Shown piece after piece: positions 20,015 to 30,500 of a stretch of 64,000 nucleotides of DNA. Under the pieces are notes generated by a model, which was given only the letters and a program-made list of their open reading frames with translations, had not been told where the DNA came from and did not search any database. This DNA comes from an uncultured Acidimicrobiia bacterium (GTDB taxonomy: Bacteria; Actinomycetota; Acidimicrobiia; Spongiisociales; UBA5794), in assembly GCA_963792405.1 (NCBI GenBank), contig CAWBVU010000005.1, forward strand, positions 355,668 through 419,667. Direction: 5' to 3'. Numbering within the stretch: position 1 is the stretch's first letter; each line of letters opens with the position of its first letter. Made by a program: the position numbers and the translations under genes.

Positions 20015-21313
20015 TCAGCTCTCGAGGTCGGGGTCCCATTCGTAGACGGGGCCGTCCTCCTCGTACTCGGGGACGCGGTCCTCGTCGCGGGTCATGATGC
20101 CCGACAGGCCCTCACCGAACTCGGTGCGTCCGGAGAGGAGGTCGCTGCCGTGGGTGACGACGAGCCGCCCGTACTTGCGGCGCAGCTCGTCCACCGAGGC
20201 GTCGAGGGCGCGGTACTCGATCTCCTTCGGGGTGCCACCCGTCGAGGTGGTGTCGTCGACTCCCATGGCGAGCTGCATCGGCTCCCCCACGGCGAGGCCC
20301 GAGGTGGAGATCCCGACGAGGGACGTCTCGTGCCTCGGGTACTCGTCGACGACCTTCTGCAGCAGCTTCGTGGCGATGTCCATGATCGCCCCGGTCGCGG
20401 CCGTCGGTGTGGGCATGGTCGCCGACCGGGTCACCGCCGACAGGTCGCCGAACCGCACGCGCACGGTCACGGTGCGCGCCGTGCGGTTCTTCGCCCGAAG
20501 CCGCTCGGCGACACGGTCGGTGAGACGTTGGAGGACGGGCACCAGCTCGTCCATCGTGCGGATCTTGGAGCGGATCGCGCTCTGGGCACCGACGGACTTC
20601 GCCCGCCGCTCCCGCGTCACGGGTCTGGGATCCTGGTTGTTCGCGAGGGCGTGGAGATGCCCTGCCGCCCCGGGGCCGAGCATGGCCGTGAGCGCATCGA
20701 GCGGCGTGTCGGCGATGTCCCCGATCGTCTCGAGCCCGTAGCTGCGGAGCTTGCGCTCCGTCACCGGCCCCACCCCCCACAGCAGCGACACGTTCAGGGG
20801 ATGGAGGAACGCCAGCTCCTCGCCCGGCTCGACGACGATCAGCCCGTCCGGCTTCGCCACCTGCGAGGCGATCTTCGACAGGAACTTGCGGGTCGAGGCC
20901 CCCACCGACACGGCGAGTCCCGTCTCGGTGCGCACCCTCTCCCGGATCGCCTCTGCGATCTCCCGCGGCGACCCGAAGAGGTGGACCGAGCCCGTGACGT
21001 CGAGGAACGCCTCGTCGATGGAGATGCCCTCGATGGCGGGCGTGAACGACTCGAAGATGGAGAACACCGTCCGCGAGTAGGCCGTGTAGGCGCCGAACGT
21101 GCCGTCCACGAGGATGAGCTGCGGGCACAGGGCCCTGGCGTCCACCATCCGCATGCCGCCGCGCACACCGAAGGCCCTCGCCTCGTAGGTGCACGACAGC
21201 ACCACGCCCGTGCCGACGGCAACGGGCTTGCCGGCAAGCGACGGATCCTCGAGCACCGCCACCGCGGCGTAGAACGCGTCGAGATCCGCATGCAGGATCC
21301 CCGGTATGTCCAT
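20015..21313 (-). CDS. dinB: DNA polymerase IV (Y-family)
   Basis: MDIPGILHADLDAFYAAVAVLEDPSLAGKPVAV, SIDEAFLDVTG and little-finger domain; 432 aa. Confidence 0.85.
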   Translation of the reverse strand: MDIPGILHADLDAFYAAVAVLEDPSLAGKPVAVGTGVVLSCTYEARAFGVRGGMRMVDARALCPQLILVDGTFGAYTAYSRTVFSIFESFTPAIEGISIDEAFLDVTGSVHLFGSPREIAEAIRERVRTETGLAVSVGASTRKFLSKIASQVAKPDGLIVVEPGEELAFLHPLNVSLLWGVGPVTERKLRSYGLETIGDIADTPLDALTAMLGPGAAGHLHALANNQDPRPVTRERRAKSVGAQSAIRSKIRTMDELVPVLQRLTDRVAERLRAKNRTARTVTVRVRFGDLSAVTRSATMPTPTAATGAIMDIATKLLQKVVDEYPRHETSLVGISTSGLAVGEPMQLAMGVDDTTSTGGTPKEIEYRALDASVDELRRKYGRLVVTHGSDLLSGRTEFGEGLSGIMTRDEDRVPEYEEDGPVYEWDPDLES

Positions 21314-21411
21314 GGCGCCATGGTGTCACACAGGTGCGACACGCGCCCGCGAAAAGGACTCCAGTCGGCTCCCGATCGGCGGCCTAGCGTCACGGGGGAA
21401 GGGAGGCACGA

Positions 21412-21792
21412 ATGGATTTCCAGATGATGCCGTCACTGCCCGCGTCCGACATCGGCCGCGCACGTGCGTGGTACGAAAGGGTGCTCGGTGTGACACCCGC
21501 CATGGAGGACACCGACGGATCACTCATGTACATGTCGGGCGACAGCGCGTTCATGGTCTACGAGTCCCAGTTCGCCGGCACCAACAAGGCGACCGCTGCA
21601 GGTGTCGTCGTCCGGGACTTCGACGCGGCAGCGGCGGCGTTGCGCGCCGCGGGCGTCGCGTTCGAGGACTACGACTTCGGCGAGGACCTCCGCACCGTCG
21701 ACGGTGTGATGACCGACGACGCCGGGAGGCGCATGGCGTGGTTCAAGGACTCGGAGGGCAACATCCTCGGCTTGGCCGAGAACCCGATGTAG
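21412..21792 (+). CDS. VOC/glyoxalase-family protein
   Basis: 126 aa with a glyoxalase/bleomycin-resistance fold pattern. Confidence 0.65.
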   Translation: MDFQMMPSLPASDIGRARAWYERVLGVTPAMEDTDGSLMYMSGDSAFMVYESQFAGTNKATAAGVVVRDFDAAAAALRAAGVAFEDYDFGEDLRTVDGVMTDDAGRRMAWFKDSEGNILGLAENPM

Positions 21793-21801
21793 CCCCCGCC
21801 C

Positions 21802-21990
21802 TCAGGACTCGTCGTCGAGGTCGTCGGTCCGCACCGTGCCATAGGTCGACTGCGACGCGATGAACGCGTCCGCGTGCTGGTTGCACACGGGACGATCATC
21901 GTCGTCGAGGGTCAACGCGGGACGATGGCACACATGGCAGGACTTCTTGAAGACGGGTTCGTCCGAGGTCATGCGCGGATCATCGGCCAA
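21802..21990 (-). CDS. Small hypothetical protein with a CxxC...C zinc-ribbon-like motif
   Basis: 62 aa (CHVCHRP...PVCNQH). Good GC3 codon bias. Divergent from the palindrome at 22030. Confidence 0.4.
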   Translation of the reverse strand: MADDPRMTSDEPVFKKSCHVCHRPALTLDDDDRPVCNQHADAFIASQSTYGTVRTDDLDDES

Positions 21991-22029
21991 TCAGCCTCCG
22001 GCTGCCAGACACATCCTCGGTCGGCATGA

Positions 22030-22043
22030 GGTGACTAGTCACC
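22030..22043. promoter_or_regulatory. Perfect 14-bp palindrome GGTGACTAGTCACC (candidate operator)
   Basis: Seen directly in the sequence. Lies in the 86-bp divergent intergenic region, 34 bp upstream of the DinB_2-like gene. Confidence 0.35.
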
Positions 22044-22076
22044 GACCAGCCCGGAGACTCCCGGTACGCTGATGCC

Positions 22077-22589
22077 ATGGACATCAGCGCTGTGTATCTC
22101 GACGCCTTCGGCCGTATCGAGGAGGACGTGGAACGGGCCGTCACCGGCCTCGACGGGGACGCCCTCGCCTTCCGGCCCGATCCGGACGCGAACTCGATCG
22201 GATGGCTCGTGTGGCACCTCACCAGGGTGCAGGACGACCACGTCTCCGAGATCGCCGGCCGCGACCAGGCCTACGTCGCCGATGGGTGGGCGGAGCGGCT
22301 CGGGCTGTCGCCAGACATCCACGACACCGGATACGGCCACACCTCCGACCAGGTCGCCGCCGTGCGGTTCGATGGCCCCGCCGACCTGCTCGCCTACCAC
22401 CGCGCCGTGGCCGGCCGCAGCCGCGAGTACCTCGAGACGGCGACGCCCGACGACCTCGACAGGATCATCGATGAACGATGGGACCCACCCGTGACCGTGG
22501 GTGTGCGGCTCGTCAGCGTCATCGACGACTCCCTCCAGCACGCCGGCCAGGCCAACTACGTCCGCGGCATCTGGGAACGCACCGCCTGA
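22077..22589 (+). CDS. DinB_2/DUF664 (mycothiol maleylpyruvate isomerase N-terminal-like) family protein
   Basis: WLVWHLTRVQDDH...H..D metal-binding pattern; 170 aa. Confidence 0.65.
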   Translation: MDISAVYLDAFGRIEEDVERAVTGLDGDALAFRPDPDANSIGWLVWHLTRVQDDHVSEIAGRDQAYVADGWAERLGLSPDIHDTGYGHTSDQVAAVRFDGPADLLAYHRAVAGRSREYLETATPDDLDRIIDERWDPPVTVGVRLVSVIDDSLQHAGQANYVRGIWERTA

Positions 22590-23150
22590 ACCCGCAGTAC
22601 CGAAGGAGGCCTCCCGCACCGCACTCCCCCCTCTGCCCTTCGGGCATCTCCCCCAAAGGGGAGAAGCGAAGAGAGGAGCGAGCGCAGCGAGCACCTTGGA
22701 TGTCTCTCCCCGCGGGAGAGACGCGGAGCGAAGCGACGCAGAGAGGGCCGCCCAACGATGAGGAGCGAGCGCAGCGAGCACCTTGGGATGTCTCTCCCCG
22801 CGGGAGAGACGCGGAGCGAAGCGACGCAGAGAGGGCCGCCCAAGGATGAGGAGCGAGCGCAGCGAGCACCTTGGATGTCTCTCCCCGCGGGAGAGACGCG
22901 GAGCGAAGCGACGCAGAGAGGGCCGCAGTACCGAAGGACGCCTCCCGCACCGCACTCCCCCCTCTGCCCTTCGGGCATCTCCCCCAAAGGGGGAGAGGAG
23001 CGAGCGCGGGCATCTCCCCCGGGGAGGGAGCAAAGCGGAGCGAGCGCCAGCGAGCACCATTGCTTCGTCTCTCCCCGCGGGAGAGACGCGGAGCGAAGCG
23101 ACGCAGAGAGGGCCGCTCCCTCGCAGACGAAGCGGTGCTGTGGGGAGCGG
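22590..23150. repeat. Composite hairpin repeat cluster B (includes ~63-bp tandem units x4)
   Basis: Same H1/H2/linker modules as cluster A. Positions 22670-22920 hold four tandem units (gaggagcgagcgcagcgagcaccttggatgtctctccccgcgggagagacgcggagcgaagcgacgcagagagggccgcccaa). Confidence 0.85.
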
Positions 23151-24294
23151 TCAGCCGGTGATGGTGGAGGCGATGGTCGTGCCGATCGCGACGTGGCCCT
23201 CGGGGTTGGGGTGGGGCCAGCCCGCCCACTTCTGGGTGCTGATCGGCTGACCACCGAGGTCGACCCAGACGACGTCGTCGCTCAGGCCCGCACGGATCGC
23301 CTCGTGGAGCTGGCCGAGGGCGAGGTTCATCTCGTCCTCGCACTCGCCGCCGACGGGTGACCACAGCGGTGCGAACCGTGTGCCGGCGAGCTGGTAGTAG
23401 CTCGTCCAGTAGATGTCGGCGTTGGTCCTCGAGGTGACCTCGTCGACGATCCGGCTGGTGGCGTCCGTGATGAATCCCTTGCGCTCGTCCAGGTTCCACT
23501 CCTCGTTCACGGCTCGCTGGCACACCTTCTTGTCGCCCGAGTCCGTGAATGAGAACAGCGTGTCCCTGGTGAGGCCGGTGATGACATCGACCCAGTTCGT
23601 CGAGTTGATGCCCGCCGTCATCACCACGACGTTCCACGTCGACGGGTCGGCGAGGCGGGCGATGTCGTCCACCTGGCTCGGGTGGCCGGCCGAACACGAG
23701 TCGGACCCGCCGTCGAGGACGTCACCGACCCCTGCGCCCGGGAAGGCGATGTTCACGTACCTGGGCGTCCACGCGGCGGGGAGCTGTGAGGCGACGGCCC
23801 GCTGCACGGTCGAACCGTACGAGTAGTCGTCGTCGCGGCAGACGGAGTCCTGGGTGAACCACTGGCGGGAGTAGCCGGAGGCGACCGAGTCGCCCGCGAC
23901 GATCACGTTCGGCACGCCCGGGGTGACACCCTCCCACGCGGTGACCCACTTCGACTCCCAGCCGTGGCGGTCCACGGCGCGCACCTCGAGGGTGGCCGCC
24001 GTCTCGGGGAGGGTCCGGGCGAACGACACCGTGGGGTTCACGACGGAGGTCGACACCGGCGTGCTCCCGTTCCATCGGTACTCGTAGCGGCGGATGCCGA
24101 GGTCCGTGTCGGCGTCGATGACGAGGTCGGCCTCGAGGAGGTCGTTGTGGCGCTGGGGGGAGACGAAGCTCGGCGGACACCACCACGGGACGGGTCTGCC
24201 CGTCGGGAAGGATCTCGGCAGGCAGGCGCACGGCAGCAACGGCAGGGCTGGCGAGCCCCATGATCAGGGCGGTGATGGCGATGGTGAGTACGCG
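23151..24294 (-). CDS. Secreted SGNH/GDSL hydrolase, frameshifted in a C6/G6 homopolymer (~24164-24169)
   Basis: Signal peptide VTRRVLTIAITALIMGLASPAVAA after GGAG plus a GTG start at 24294. The catalytic frame contains NVIVAGDSVASGY. The two frames join at ctcccccca. Confidence 0.6.
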
Positions 24295-24481
24295 GCGCGT
24301 CACGAATCGTCTCCGGAAGGTGCCGGGAAAGGGTACGTCACTGAGACGTACACCTTCCCCGAAAGGTTCCCCGGACCGCTTCAGTGGGCCCGGTCGCCGG
24401 CCGAAGAAACCGGGAGGGCGTGCGAGAACCCCGGTTCGGGTGCGCCTCCATATACTCGCCTGACGACCAGGAACAGGGGAC

Positions 24482-26609
24482 ATGCGACCACCACGCATCC
24501 GACGACCACGGCTCTCCGACCTGCTCACCCTCGCCGTCTTCTCGATGATCCTCACCGCCGCGGTGCTCTACTCGCCCGGGTGGACCGTCGGGGGGAGAGC
24601 GGAGGCCACCGCCCCCGTCGACCTCGCCAACGTCGCTGCATCGCTCCAACCCTTCATCCCCAAGCCGGTCCTCGCGGCGTCCGTGCCCGCGGGTGCCCAC
24701 GGTGTGGGCCTGGTCGACACCGAGCAGGGCGTCTGGCACCTCCGCACCCGCGACGGCGACCCCGCCTCGTTCTTCTACGGCAATCCAGGCGACTACCCGT
24801 TCACGGGCGACTGGGACTGCAACGGCACCGACACGCCCGGCCTCTACCGCCAGTCCGACGGGTACGTGTACCTGCGCAACTCGAACACGCAGGGCCCGGG
24901 TGAGATCAAGTTCTACTTCGGCAATCCGGGCGACTTCCCGCTGTCTGGCGACTTCAACGGCGACGGCTGCGACACCCTCTCCCTGTACCGGCCGTCCGAG
25001 CAGCGGATCTATGTGATCAACACGCTCGGGTCGAACGACACCGGCCTCGGTGAGGCCGAGTACTCGTACATCTTCGGGAACCCCGGTGACAAGCCGTTCA
25101 CCGGCGACTTCAACGGCAACGGCATCACCACGGTCGGCCTGCACCGTGAGTCGACGGGCTTCATGTACTTCCGCAACACGAACACCCAGGGCGTGGCCGA
25201 CTACCAGTTCTACTTCGGCGACCCCGGCGACCGCCTCATCGCAGGCGATTGGACCGGTGCGGGCGAGGACTTCCCCGCCGTGTACCGGCCGTCGAACCGC
25301 ACCGTGTACATGCGGTTCTCCAACACGCAGGGCAATGCCGACGAGTTCTACCAGTGGGGCGAATCGCCCTACATCCCCGTGGCGGGGTTCTTCGGGCCGC
25401 TCGACAGCGGCGTGTCGGTGAGCGTCTCGGGCGCCCCGACCGAGCTCAAGTACGCCATCGAGTCCTTCTACCAGGACCAGCAGGCGGCCCCGCACATCCC
25501 CGAGGGGCTGCGCACCAACCTGCTCGGCCTCCGCGACTATCCGAAGGTGAAGATCGCCTCCGGTTCGGCCACCACCTCCACGGCGTACGGCAAGGGCGTG
25601 GCGGTGGCCACCGTGAACGGCGACACGTTGCTGGCGGTCACGGACAACGGCTGGGAGTGGCGCATCGTCGGGAGCGAATCCGTTCGGGCTGGGCCGCACC
25701 CTGTACTACGGCGGGAACGCCCGCCACGTGGCGATGATCGGCACCGACTGGCAGCAGTCCGGCTCCACATGGCCGACCGACGTGACCCGCACCAACGCCG
25801 ATTCGCTGCACCTCTACACGGTGAACCCGGTGGCGGGGGCGGGCGCCGTCTCGGGCTTCCCGCGCTCGACGTACATCACCACCCCGTTCGGCTACACGCG
25901 TGTCGCCAAGACCACGGTCGACGGCGGCCCGTCGAACACCGTCACCTCGCTCCGGATGGAGACGGGCCTCCCGGTGGAGGGCTACTTCCTCATCGGCATG
26001 GGCAGCTTCAACCCTGGCGCCCCTCCGGGGTTCTCGGACCTGGTCGACGCCTACGGCGGCTTCCCCTTCCTCGTGCCGTACGAGCCCCTCGGTGGCGTGC
26101 CGGCGGTGGGCGACACCTTCCTCAATGGCACCGAGGCGATCGCCTGGGCCCGTGAGCGCCAGAACTCCCCCCACGGCGGGTCGGACCGCACCCTCAACCA
26201 GGGTCAGATGATCAAGGCGGCGCTGGCGACGATCCAGCCGCTCGGGATGTCCCAGATCCCCAACCTGCTGTCCATCATGGACGGGTTCGTGTACACGGAC
26301 CTGTCGATCGACCAGGTCCTCACCTTTGCGGCCACCGTGTACACGGTCAACACCGGCGCGATGCCGACCATGACACCCCAGGACCTCATCAACTCGGGAC
26401 ATGTGGCGCCGAACAAGATCGTCCCGACGCACGGCCCGTACAACCAGAACCCCGGCACGCTGCCCAACGTGCTGATCAAGGGCTGCCTGTACACACCGGA
26501 CGGTGTCACCTTCGGCTACTCGCTCACCGCGCAGAACAAGGCGCTGTTCACCGACCTCGCCGACGGCGTCCTCGACACCGCACCCTGGATCTGTGACGAC
26601 GGCACCTAG
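24482..26609 (+). CDS. LCP (LytR-CpsA-Psr) family glycopolymer ligase with N-terminal TM anchor and FG-GAP-like repeats; frameshift ~25675
   Basis: TM anchor, then five FGNPGD...GDW/FDCNGTDT blades paralogous to the surface protein. The LCP domain reads in the +1 frame (25728..26609): FLIGMGSF...FLNGTEAIAWARERQ. Confidence 0.65.
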
Positions 26610-26663
26610 GCCCGCCACCAGCTGAGGCGGCCTACGCTATGCGCGCCTCATCGAAGGACGCCG

Positions 26664-27245
26664 ATGCGCTCGCTCGCCCTCATCCTCATGCTCATGCTCG
26701 TCACCGCCTGCACCCAGCAGGCGGACGACGACGTCACCGACGCCACCCTGACGACGACCTCCACAGCCGCGGGCGCCACGACGACCACCGGTGAATCGTC
26801 CACGACCACGACCGGCGGGACGACCACCACCACGACGCGCCCGTCGGGCGGCACGACCACCACCACCCGGGCGACGACGACGACCTCCTCGCCGTCGACG
26901 ACCACGACCACCATCCCCGCGGACAACCTCCCGCCCACCGTGGAGATCCTCGCCCCCGCCAACCTGTCCTCCCACACAGCCGCCTACGACGCAGCCCTCG
27001 GGGACTTCGGCACCTACCTGACGCTTCGAGCGACGGCGAGCGACCCCAACGGTGACCCCGTCGTGATCCGCTGGTCCGCCTCCACCGAGGGCGGACTCGG
27101 CACCGGCACCGAGATCACGGCGTGGTTCTCGACCAATGGCTCGGACGCCACCCAGCCCATCATCACCGCCACCGCCGTCGACCGGTGGGGCGTCACCTCC
27201 TCCGCCTCGGTCAACATCATCGTCTGGATCCCCTCCGACACCTAG
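26664..27245 (+). CDS. Lipoprotein with Thr-rich linker and Ig-like domain
   Basis: Signal peptide with lipobox LVTAC. 50% Thr linker. C-terminal beta-rich domain. Confidence 0.6.
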   Translation: MRSLALILMLMLVTACTQQADDDVTDATLTTTSTAAGATTTTGESSTTTTGGTTTTTTRPSGGTTTTTRATTTTSSPSTTTTTIPADNLPPTVEILAPANLSSHTAAYDAALGDFGTYLTLRATASDPNGDPVVIRWSASTEGGLGTGTEITAWFSTNGSDATQPIITATAVDRWGVTSSASVNIIVWIPSDT

Positions 27246-27535
27246 GCAGGAAGAGCGAGCACAGCGAGCCCTGCCTGTCTCTCCCCGCGGGAGAGACGCG
27301 GAGCGCAGCGACGCAGAGAGGGCCGCACCCTCGCAGACGCGGAGCGAAGCGACGCAGAGAGGGCTTCCTGCTTTGTCTCTCCCCGCGGGAGAGACGCGGA
27401 GCGAAGCGACGCAGAGAGGGCCGCAGTTCTGAGACCTCTCGAAGGACGCCTCCCGCACCGCACTCCCCCCTCTGCCCTCCGGGCATCTCCCCCAAAGGGG
27501 AGAAGGAAGCACAGGGGTCTTGGATCGGATGTGTG
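27244..27535. repeat. Composite hairpin repeat cluster C
   Basis: H1-H1-H2 modules, immediately upstream of the DUF559 gene. Confidence 0.85.
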
Positions 27536-27554
27536 ATCTTGGTACTCGTGGGCC

Positions 27555-27905
27555 ATGCACGATCGAGAACAGCTGCGCAGCTTCGCGAAGGAAATGCGGT
27601 CGGATCCGACCCTCGGCGAGCGGATCTTGTGGGACGAGCTCCGAGCGAGACGACTCGGCGTGAAGGTGCGTCGCCAGCATCCCGTCGGCCCGTTCATCCC
27701 CGACTTCGTCTGCTTCGCACGCCGCCTGGTCATCGAGGTCGACGGCGACTCCCATGAGGATCCGGAGCGGGATGCACGCCGCGATCAGTGGTTCCGGGAC
27801 AACGGCTGGCGTGTCCTGCGGTTCACAGACGACGAGGTGATCGACGAGCTCGACATGGTCCTCGACACCATCTGGCACGCCCTCCACGCCAACGAGGAGA
27901 AGTGA
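27555..27905 (+). CDS. DUF559 endonuclease-domain protein (Vsr/PD-(D/E)xK-like)
   Basis: 116 aa with the DUF559 hallmark ...RQHPVGPFIPDFVCF...LVIEVDGDSHE...WRVLRF. Confidence 0.75.
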   Translation: MHDREQLRSFAKEMRSDPTLGERILWDELRARRLGVKVRRQHPVGPFIPDFVCFARRLVIEVDGDSHEDPERDARRDQWFRDNGWRVLRFTDDEVIDELDMVLDTIWHALHANEEK

Positions 27906-28455
27906 GCGAGCGCAGCGAGCACCGCCCAAGGATGAGGAGTGAGCGCAGCGAGCACCTTGGATGTCTCTCCCCGCGGGAGAGACGCGGAGCGAAGCGACGC
28001 AGAGAGGGCCGCAGTACTGGAAGCGCCGCTCCACAGACGCCTCCCGCGTCGTAGCTCCCCCCTCTGCCCTTCGGGCATCTCCCCCAAAGGGGGAGAAGGA
28101 GAAGGAGATAGACGCCTCCCGCACCGCACTCCCCCCTCTGCCCTTCGGGCATCTCCCCCAAAGGGGGAGAGGGAAGCATGGGTGCGGGCTCTCCCCGCAA
28201 AGGGGAGAGAGAGCGATGGCGAGCGTGCCCCGCAGGGAGAAGACGCGTTCGCGCATCTCGCCCCCAAGGAAGGATGAGCGAGCGAAGCGAGCACCATGCC
28301 GTCTCTCCCCGCGGGAGAGACGCGGAGCGAAGCGACGCAGAGAGGGCCGCAGTACTGGAAGCGCCTCCCACAGACGCCTCCCCGCTCTGCCCTCGGGCAT
28401 CTCCCCCAAAGGGGAGAAGGAAACAGGGTTCGGGCATCTCCCCCAAGAGGGGAGA
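27905..28455. repeat. Composite hairpin repeat cluster D
   Basis: H1/H2/linker modules. Starts at the stop codon of the DUF559 gene and runs to the RBS of the next gene. Confidence 0.85.
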
Positions 28456-28461
28456 AGTAGC

Positions 28462-28869
28462 ATGAGTCGACCGAGTGAGAGGCACGGGATGAGGCTCAAT
28501 GCGATCGGGATCGTGTGTGCGGATGTCGAGGCGTCGCTGCGGTTCTACCGTCTGGTGGGCGTGCCGTTCGGCGAGTTCGATCCCGACAACGGGCACTACG
28601 ACGCCGACCTCGGCGGCTTCCGGCTCATGCTCGACTCGCATGAGGTGATGGAGGCATTCAACCCGCATTTCTCCCCGCCGAAGGGCAACGACCGCATCAG
28701 CCTCGCGGTGGAGTGCGCATCCCCCGCAGCGGTCGACGAGGCCCACGCCGCGGTCGTCGATGCGGGGTTCGTGTCGGTACGGGAGCCCTTCGACGCCTTC
28801 TGGGGACAGCGGTATGCGACCGTGGCGGACCCCGACGGCAACCACGTGGACCTCTACGCCGCCATGTGA
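28462..28869 (+). CDS. VOC/glyoxalase-family protein
   Basis: MSRPSERHGMRLNAIGIVCADVEASLRFYRLVG. GGAGAAG RBS. The real start is inside ORF 27961..28869. Confidence 0.7.
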   Translation: MSRPSERHGMRLNAIGIVCADVEASLRFYRLVGVPFGEFDPDNGHYDADLGGFRLMLDSHEVMEAFNPHFSPPKGNDRISLAVECASPAAVDEAHAAVVDAGFVSVREPFDAFWGQRYATVADPDGNHVDLYAAM

Positions 28870-28909
28870 TCTCGCGAAAGCGATGTGCGAACCGGCGGGA
28901 GCGCCGTAA

Positions 28910-30500
28910 AGTACGGTCTCCACCACCGGGCAGGCCAGCATCGACGACCAACCGAGCCTCTTCGCGGCGCTGTGGCGCTACAAGTTCCTGATCGCGTTCG
29001 CCGCGATCCTCGCCGCCGTCGCCGGCTACTTGCTCTCCACCCAGCAGGCCAAGGTCTACCAGGCCGACGGGCTCGTGCTGCTCACCGACCCCCGCACCGA
29101 CGGCACGCCGGCGACGGAGCTGTCGATCTTCTGGAACCCGACGCGGTACCTCGAGAACCAGGTGGCGGTGATGGAATCGCCGAACGTGATGAACCGAGCC
29201 GCCGAGGACCTCGGCAATGGGATCACGGCGGACGAGATCGCCGAGAAGGTGTCGGTCCGGTCGGAGAACGACATCGATGCCCTCACGGTGACGGCGACGT
29301 CGACCGACCGGGAGGAGCCGATCGTCCTCGTCAACGCCGTGGTGCAGGCCTACGGCGAGGTGATCTCCGAGGAGGTCATCAAGAACGCCGAGGACACCAC
29401 CACCGATCTCGAGACCTCCAAGGCGGCCCTCGCCGCCAGGCTCGACGAGCTCGATGCCCTCGTCGAGGAGAACCCCGACGACAGCGCCCTCCAGGCGGAG
29501 CTCCAGTCCACCAAGGAGGCGTTCCGATCGACGTCGACGGCCGCATCAAGTCGATCACCACGAACGCCCTCCTCTACGGCACCGGTATCCAGTTGTACGT
29601 GCCGCCCCAGCCCCCTGCCGACCAGATCGCCCCCCGTCCTGCCCGCAACGCCGCCATCGCGTTCGTCCTCGCCGCCCTCGCCGCAGGCGCCTTCGCATGG
29701 TGGAGGGCCGAGCAGGACCAGCGTGCCGACACGAAGGACGTCCCCGCCTCCGTGCTCGACGCCCCTCTCCTCGCCGCGGTGCCGGACTCTCGCCACCGCC
29801 AAGGCATGGGCGCCGGCCCCGACCATCACGAACCCGGACTCCGCAGCGTCCGAGGCGTACCACTTCGCCCTGTCGTCGCTGTCGTTCATGATGGAGCAGT
29901 CGGACCGCCACATCATCCTCGTGACCTCGTCGGGTCCCGGGGACGGGAAGACGGTCACCACCCTGAACCTCGCGATCGCGGCGATGAAGGACGGCCGCAA
30001 GCCGCTGCTCATCGATGCGGACGAGCGGGCGAAGGGCCTCACCCGGCTCTCGGGTGTGACAGAGCGGATCCCCGAACGGCAAGGTCGGGCACCAGTACAG
30101 CTGGCCGATCACCCCGCAGGAGAGCATCGACTTCGTGGCCTCCGGGCGCAACCTCGGCACCGACGTGTCCGGCTACTTCCGCTCGAACGAGTTCCGCCAG
30201 ACGTTCCAGGAGGTCACGGCGAACCGTGACATCGTCCTCATCGACGCCCCGCCGGTGATGTCGGCATCCGAGACCGCCGAGATCGCCGAGCGAGGCTGAC
30301 GGTGTCGTGTTCGTCGTCGAGCGGGACACCCCGCTGCGGGAGCTCGCCGACGCCAGGGAGCGCATCCGCCTCACGGGCACGCCCATCGTCGGGTACGTGT
30401 TCAACAGGGCCGACTTCAAGTTCGACCGCTACTACACGTACTACCCGTCCGGGAAGCCCTACAGCAGGACGCCGAGAAGAAGTAGTCTCAGGCCAGCTGC
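28910..30500 (+). pseudogene. Polysaccharide co-polymerase (Wzz domain) / BY-family tyrosine autokinase with at least 4 frameshifts
   Basis: Hand reconstruction: TM1 LWRYKFLIAFAAILAAVAGYLLS, then the Wzz domain, then IDVDGRIKSITTN...NAAIAFVLAALAAGAFAWW (TM2). The P-loop reads ILVTSSGPGDGKT, Walker B DIVLIDAPPV, then VVFVVERDTPL...IVGYVFN and a Y-cluster YYTYYPSGKPY. Frame switches occur near 29528, 29790, 30050 and 30296. No canonical start codon was found. Confidence 0.65.

Noticed and set aside
26637-28499. 620-aa minus-strand ORF 26637..28499 and 392-aa ORF 22519..23697
   Set aside because: They read straight through the hairpin-repeat arrays (repetitive SASLRSASLPRGET translations) and through real genes on the other strand.
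28885-30258. 457-aa ORF 28885..30258 as an independent gene
   Set aside because: It is the second frame of the frameshifted Wzz/BY-kinase. Only its middle part (IDVDGRIKSI...AAVPD) is genuine protein sequence.
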